Of a DNA stretch of 64,000 nucleotides, positions 59,062 through 64,000 are shown one piece after another. This DNA comes from a virus. The stretch is taken from IMG/VR virus record IMGVR_UViG_3300035669_000001, positions 13,901 to 77,900 of that record, one strand, 5' to 3'. The position numbers were made by a program, and so were the translations under genes. How positions within the stretch are numbered: position 1 is the stretch's first letter; every line of letters begins with the position of its first letter. The notes beneath the pieces were generated by a model. The model had not been told where the DNA came from. It worked only from the letters and a program-made list of their open reading frames with translations, and made no database searches.

Positions 59062-61786
59062 CTAGGTGTAACCCACCTGGAACAGTGACCGATATATCAA
59101 CCAGATCACTGTCCCTGGTACGGAGGATCTGAGGGGAAGGACTCGGGCTCTCGGCTCAGTCGACCCCCCCCTAACCCCCCCATCTGACCGGGAAGGGCTC
59201 TCGGTGTCAACCCCTGGGTCAGAATCGTTATCAGGATGTAACTTCCGGACCTCCTCGATGACCCTCCGGGCACTGGCGATGAAGGCCATGTCCTCCTTAG
59301 AGAGGTTGAACCTCCCAGAGACATCACCCCAGTCCCGGTCGTTGATCTTCCCCATCACCCAGGCGTTAGCCAGTAGGGCACTCAAGGGAGCCCTAGGGCC
59401 CAGGAAGGGCGAACCGTCCTTCTCCAGCAGAGCCAGAGCCAACGCGAACACGTCGCTGTACTCGCTGTTGAACAACGTTCTCCCCAGTTTGGGGAGGTAC
59501 AGCCTGTACTTCGGTCCCTTCGGGGTATCGATCACCGTGAGGTGAATCTCTCCCTGGGTTCTCAAGATCACGGCTACCGACTTGGCAATGACCTGGATCA
59601 GGCCTTTACCCATCTCCAGCATCAGTTCCTCTGTCGACTTCATCATCTTCTAGCTCCTTCCGTGCTTCGTTGATGGTTGCCTGGGCTTGCTGGTAGCCCA
59701 CATAGACGGCGTAGCCCAGGTACACCACCGCCAGGACGACGAGGGCGATACCTAGCGTGAAGAAGTGCTCGCCCATCCAGGTCACAGCCGGTCGGCTGTC
59801 CCCAGCAGGTCTACGGCCGACTTGGTCACAGCCTCGATCTTGTCCAGGAGGGACAAGGTGTTGTTGGCCCTGACCCTCTCTGCGAGGATGCCGAGATGGA
59901 GGGAGGAGAAGCCCTCCATCACCTCGGCGTTGTCCCACATCAGCTCCGAGAAGTCCAGCTCGGTCTCCTTCTCGTCCATCGTCGCCAGGAAGCTGTGGGC
60001 GTCTTCGCGGTACCGGTCGACGTGGAAGAGGACCTCGTTGGCGAACTGGAGGTTCTCCTCGTAGTCGGTGCCGGCGGCGATGTGAGAGAGGCTGGAGGTC
60101 GAGGCCCGGATGAACAGCAGGAAGTACGGAGACTTCTCCACGTCCATCGCCTTGTTGACCAGGTCCAGCCAGCGCTCCATCAGCTGGACCGTGTAGACCT
60201 TCAGCGACGGCTCACCAGGGGTGACCTGGACCGTCGTGATGACCTGGTGGATCGCTGCCTGCTCCTCCTCCAGCGACTTCACCGGCGCTATCAGGAAGGT
60301 GTCACGCATGCAGAGCCCTGCGACCATGATTCTGGCCCAGGTCAGTGCCTTGTCCCGGTCACCGTCGATGAGGTTTCCCAGGTCGTCGTCTGATATCTCC
60401 ATCTCACACCCCGTTCTCGGTGATGGCCTTTCCGATGAGCATCTCTACCAGGCCTCTTGCTGAGACCCAGTCGTCCAGGGAGATGTCGGTGGCGTCGTGG
60501 GCCTCGAGGAGGTCCGCGGCGGTGTTGTAGGTGGTCTGGATGACTCCCGGAGTCATCCCGCCTGCGGTGTCCCGCAGGTAGGCGACGTCATGGGAGTGGT
60601 CGGTCCAGCCGTTGTTCGGTCTCTGGAACCGTTGCAGTGGTTGCAGTGGTTGCAGTGGTTGCACAGGAGTGGCACGACCATCCTGCAGCTTCCGGTAACC
60701 GCGAAGCATCTCCTGCATGGACTCCACGGAGTCCGTCTGCCATCCCACCAGGGCACAGCACACCTCGGCCACCACGCGGTCGTACTGGGGGGTATCGCCT
60801 CTTTCGGAGAGCAGCCTGGAAGCAGTGTCGAGGAGCTCCACGAAAGACATCTCGATGTCGGCCATCAGACGAACACCGAGGTGAAGGCGGTGGCCATCAG
60901 CATGACGATGCCGCACCAGGCGATCGTCGCGGCCAGGTGGTACAGGAAGGTGACCGTCGTGGCAAGTGCGGCAACGGCGGTCAGCGGGCTGACCAGGGCG
61001 GCAACGACAAGACCGCCCACCCCGACGTACGCGGCCACCTTGGCCAGTCCCGTCAGTGTGGGCGGTGTGATGATGTCGCGGGGTTCCATCGAGCCGTAGC
61101 CGGCGACGAAGACCCTGCGGGTCCGGATGAGCCCGAGGCGCGTGGCGATCCTGCGGGTGAACTTCTTGAAGCGTGCGAACATGTCTGTTCTCTTTCTCTC
61201 TGTCATGTGTGTGTGGTTGGCCGGCCGAACGACCGGCTTCGTGCTGGTTCTCAGGTGCGGTTGGCGCGGTCCTGAGCAAGGCTCTTCGCGATCGCGAGAA
61301 CCCCGACTGCTGTCACCGCGAGCAGGAGCGGGATGGGGGTGCCGTTGAGGAAGCCCCAGACCCCTACTGCGCAGACGATGAGGATGACGGCGAAGTAGCC
61401 GATCACCTTGAGTGCGATGAGCCCACCCTCGAGCTGGTTGCTCATGCGTACACCCGGGACTTCCGCATGACGCGCCCGAAGGAGTCGACCTCCCAGTCGG
61501 CCAGCGTGTTGGCGTCAGCGAAGCTGGTGCCGAAGTATTCACCGTTCAGCCAGGCCTCGGAGGCCTTGCGGAGCTTGAGCTTCTCGGCGAACTCGGTCGG
61601 GTTGATCATCGCGTCGAGGAAGACGCGGTTGTCGTCGAGGTTGGTCTGGCGGACTGACTCCTCGTGTACTGCCTTGATCTCGGTCTCGCGCTGTGCATAG
61701 GCGGCCTCGCTCAAGGCGACCATGCCGTTCCAGATGGCCTTTCCGACCCGCGCGAAGAACCTGCCGACGATCTTGACGAACTTCAT
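59062..61786 (-). CDS. Leftward hypothetical genes (59062-59646, 59606-59776 TM, 59782-60402, 60404-60865, 60865-61182 TM, 61251-61445 TM, 61442-61786)
   Basis: RBS, coupling and codon bias. Confidence 0.6.
60631..60663. repeat. 9-bp tandem repeat (GTTGCAGTG x3.7) encoding QPL repeats
   Basis: Directly visible in the sequence. Confidence 0.85.
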
Positions 61787-61814
61787 GGTGATACTCCTTC
61801 TGCCCGTAGGCAAC

Positions 61815-61845
61815 AAAAAAGGCCCACGTCGGTCGACGTGAGCCT
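61815..61845 (-). terminator. Intrinsic terminator
   Basis: AGGCTCACGTCG..CGACGTGGGCCT followed by TTTTT on the - strand. Confidence 0.75.
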
Positions 61846-61928
61846 GATGGATCTTGCACCGCTGTCTGGTGTTTGGGACTTGAACCCCGCTGCCCCTAGG
61901 GCAGGTGTGACACTTCACCTCTTGCGAT
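61846..61928 (-). ncRNA. Leader or small RNA with a tRNA T-arm-like element
   Basis: GGGTTCAAGTCCC T-arm plus CTGCCC-TAG-GGGCAG and AGGTG..CACCT hairpins, between a promoter and a terminator. Confidence 0.4.
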
Positions 61929-61934
61929 ACCTCA

Positions 61935-61963
61935 ATTATGACGTATTACGTCACAAATTGCAA
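61935..61963 (-). promoter_or_regulatory. SigA-like leftward promoter with palindromic operator in the spacer
   Basis: TTGCAA-17 bp-CATAAT; inverted repeat TGACGTA-T-TACGTCA at 61939-61953. Confidence 0.65.
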
Positions 61964-62040
61964 GTGCTGGGAGCAGGTTCCCGAGGGCAGTGCCTCATGG
62001 TGGGTTCCTTGGAGGGAAGGCCTCATTTGACTCCCAGCAC
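61964..62040 (-). ncRNA. Structured RNA domain with two internal repeat hairpins
   Basis: 10-bp terminal inverted repeat enclosing two ATGAGGC-N-CCCTC-N-GGAACC units. Strand inferred from the promoter. Confidence 0.45.
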
Positions 62041-62128
62041 GGAGGGTCAGGCAGGAGTCGAACCTGCATTGGGATGTCTCCCACCCGGAAGTCGATCCGG
62101 TACGTTTACCGTTTCGCCACTGACCCTC
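62041..62128 (-). tRNA. Class II tRNA-like gene with non-canonical anticodon loop (Ser-CGA/Leu-like; possibly a pseudo-tRNA)
   Basis: Acceptor GGGTCAG/CTGACCC, D-arm GGCGAAACGGTAAACG, stem CCGGA/TCCGG with 6-nt loop TCGACT, long variable arm TGGGA-GACA-TCCCA, perfect T-arm GCAGGTTCGACTCCTGC. No encoded CCA. Confidence 0.7.
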
Positions 62129-62199
62129 GGACCCTCCCACGTGCTGGCGGGGAGGGGCCTATCGCCTGTTTTTGGGCATGCGAAACTGGCGATGTCTCT

Positions 62200-62228
62200 A
62201 TTGTCCCATTTTTGACGCGAGAAGTCAA
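62200..62228 (-). promoter_or_regulatory. SigA-like leftward promoter
   Basis: TTGACT-17 bp-GACAAT, overlapped by a TTGAC-N7-GTCAA inverted repeat at the divergence point. Confidence 0.6.
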
Positions 62229-62231
62229 CAA

Positions 62232-62594
62232 ATGAAGGTGTATCGGAGCCACTTCGCGAGCAAGGTCCACTTCGACCCCGTATGCCCCTCCTGGAAGGCC
62301 TCCACGGCCTCCCACCCGCTCGAGGAGTGGGACCTGGCCGATCTCAAGGCCGTGAAGTTCTGCCTCGTCTGCACCCCGCCTGAGCTGCACCAGAGGCCTC
62401 GTACGCACCACGTTCAGTGCGTCGAGTGCAACTACCGCCGGCCGATGCCCTGTGAGCACAACGGTGGCGTCGCGGTGGTCAACGTGGACGACATGGTGCA
62501 CTACGGTCGTCCCGAGCGTCGGGTCAACATCCGCTGGCGCTGGCCCGAGAACGTCCAGGGGGCCCCTCTTGCGGACCCCGGGCTTCTGGTCTAG
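62232..62594 (+). CDS. Cys/His-rich zinc-binding protein
   Basis: HxxxxC..CxxC and H..CxxC..CxH motifs. Confidence 0.6.
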   Translation: MKVYRSHFASKVHFDPVCPSWKASTASHPLEEWDLADLKAVKFCLVCTPPELHQRPRTHHVQCVECNYRRPMPCEHNGGVAVVNVDDMVHYGRPERRVNIRWRWPENVQGAPLADPGLLV

Positions 62595-62630
62595 CGTCCG
62601 TTCTACGTCTACTTGCTCTGGGGAGGGCAC

Positions 62631-63869
62631 ATGCCACGGTCGACCGCTGAGTCGATGCTCATCTCATCCTTGATCAACACCCATGACCCCGACGCCGGTC
62701 GCGCGTACGGGATCAACCCCGAGCACATGCTCGGCTTCCGTGACGAGTACGAGTGGCTGCTGGACTTCGCCAAGAAGTTCGGCTACACGCCCTCGGTGGA
62801 GAAGATGATGCTGGTCTTCCCCGAGTTCCCGTACTCCGACGAGGAGGACGACCCGCGCTGGTCGGCCTCGGAGATCCACGAGAAGTACGCCAACCGGACG
62901 CTGATGAAGAAGGTGATGAAGGCCGGGACCTTGCTGGAGCACGGTGAGACCAGACAGGCCTACGCCGAGTTTGAGGGCGTCCGCTACGCAGAGGTGGCCG
63001 AGAAGCCAGCCAACCTGCTGGTCGACCCAGGCTTCATGGAGGACTACGCCTCCACCACCGAGGAGCGCATCTCACTCCCCTGGTCCACCCCCCAAGGCGT
63101 CACGGGCGGGATAGGGCCGGGGGAGCTTTGGTATCTGCTGGCCCGCCAGAGCCACGGCAAGAGCGCACTGCTCTGCGAACTGGCCGTGAACGCGGCCTGC
63201 CAGGGCAAGAGCGTCCTGTTCTACGCGCTGGAGATGACCAAGAGGCAGCTGCAGGTCCGCACCCACGCGATCATGGGCCACCGGCTGGGCTATGAGGGCA
63301 TCGACGCCCACGCCATGCTGCACCGGAACTGGGACCCTAAGGCCTACCGCGCCCTGCTGGGCGACATCGAGGACAACGTCCCGGGCCAGATCAACATCCA
63401 CGACCTGACGATGGGCTTCGTGAAGCCCTCCACCGTGATGGCCCGCGCGGGGGACTACGACCTGGTCATCATCGACCACTCGGGGCTGATGCACACCGAC
63501 TCCGGCGGCCGGTCCATGGACGACTGGCGCAACGCGGCGATCATCTCCAACTCGCTCAAGGAGGTCGTCGGCGCCAGGCTCGCGCGCATCGTCGCCTCGG
63601 TCCAGATCAACCGGGACGGGGACACTCTGGGGTGGAGGCCACCGAAGCTCAAGTTCGCGGCCCAGACCGACTCGGTGGGCCAGGATGCCGACGTGGCCTT
63701 CACGATGAAGCGCTACGGCAAGAACGCCGCGGTCACCTCGGTCGAGAAGAACCGCCACGGGGACTCCGGGAAGCTGTTCTGGACCAACTACCTGGCCAAC
63801 GTCGGGAACTACGCTGAGATCACCCGCGACGTCGCGGACCAGGCCAAGGACGACGAGGACGATGAGTAG
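62631..63869 (+). CDS. dnaB: DnaB-like replicative helicase
   Basis: ARQSHGKS Walker A, ALEM, IIDH, QINR, QDAD and EKNRHG motifs. Confidence 0.93.
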   Translation: MPRSTAESMLISSLINTHDPDAGRAYGINPEHMLGFRDEYEWLLDFAKKFGYTPSVEKMMLVFPEFPYSDEEDDPRWSASEIHEKYANRTLMKKVMKAGTLLEHGETRQAYAEFEGVRYAEVAEKPANLLVDPGFMEDYASTTEERISLPWSTPQGVTGGIGPGELWYLLARQSHGKSALLCELAVNAACQGKSVLFYALEMTKRQLQVRTHAIMGHRLGYEGIDAHAMLHRNWDPKAYRALLGDIEDNVPGQINIHDLTMGFVKPSTVMARAGDYDLVIIDHSGLMHTDSGGRSMDDWRNAAIISNSLKEVVGARLARIVASVQINRDGDTLGWRPPKLKFAAQTDSVGQDADVAFTMKRYGKNAAVTSVEKNRHGDSGKLFWTNYLANVGNYAEITRDVADQAKDDEDDE

Positions 63870-64000
63870 GTTCACCCCCTTCACGGCCCGATTCGACGGC
63901 CACTGCGTGGAGTGCGGGGACGCCATCCTGGCGGGGGACCGGGTCGGCTACGACGAGTACGACGACCTGATCCACGAGGACTGCTACGGCGGTGAGCCCC
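63862..64000 (+). CDS. Zinc-finger protein, 3'-truncated
   Basis: MSRFTPFTARFDGHCVECGDAI...HEDC. Confidence 0.55.
   Translation, partial: MSRFTPFTARFDGHCVECGDAILAGDRVGYDEYDDLIHEDCYGGEP

Noticed and set aside
62041-62128. tRNA-like sequence as attP or as selenocysteine tRNA
   Set aside because: No integrase in the window, no TCA anticodon, and the element is full-length rather than a 3' half.

Overview
High-GC double-stranded DNA siphovirus of an actinobacterial host (host range inferred, not shown). The window holds most of the genome. From left to right: two collagen-containing fibre genes; the terminase large subunit; a block of about 9.4 kb of small genes (RNase H, GH24-like endolysin, an RHH-regulated mini-operon, papain-like peptidase, HNH); the portal; an unusually expanded head module; the capsid, neck and tail genes (-1 frameshift chaperone, 2040-aa tape measure with M23 and lytic transglycosylase domains); a leftward early arm (secreted PLD-like protein, AAA ATPase, many small genes) headed by promoters, terminators and tRNA-like RNAs; and a DnaB helicase. 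No integrase or CRISPR array is seen. The main finding is in the head module. It appears to encode protease-processed polyproteins. A [VI]-x-K|[SAGM] motif punctuates the scaffold, the XkdF-type prohead protease, MuF and three uncharacterised proteins. The motif separates cationic glycine-zipper peptides, an HExxH domain, RDxxGRF-type motifs and an exact 8-aa copy of the major capsid protein N-terminus. All family assignments come from motif recognition by eye, not database searches.
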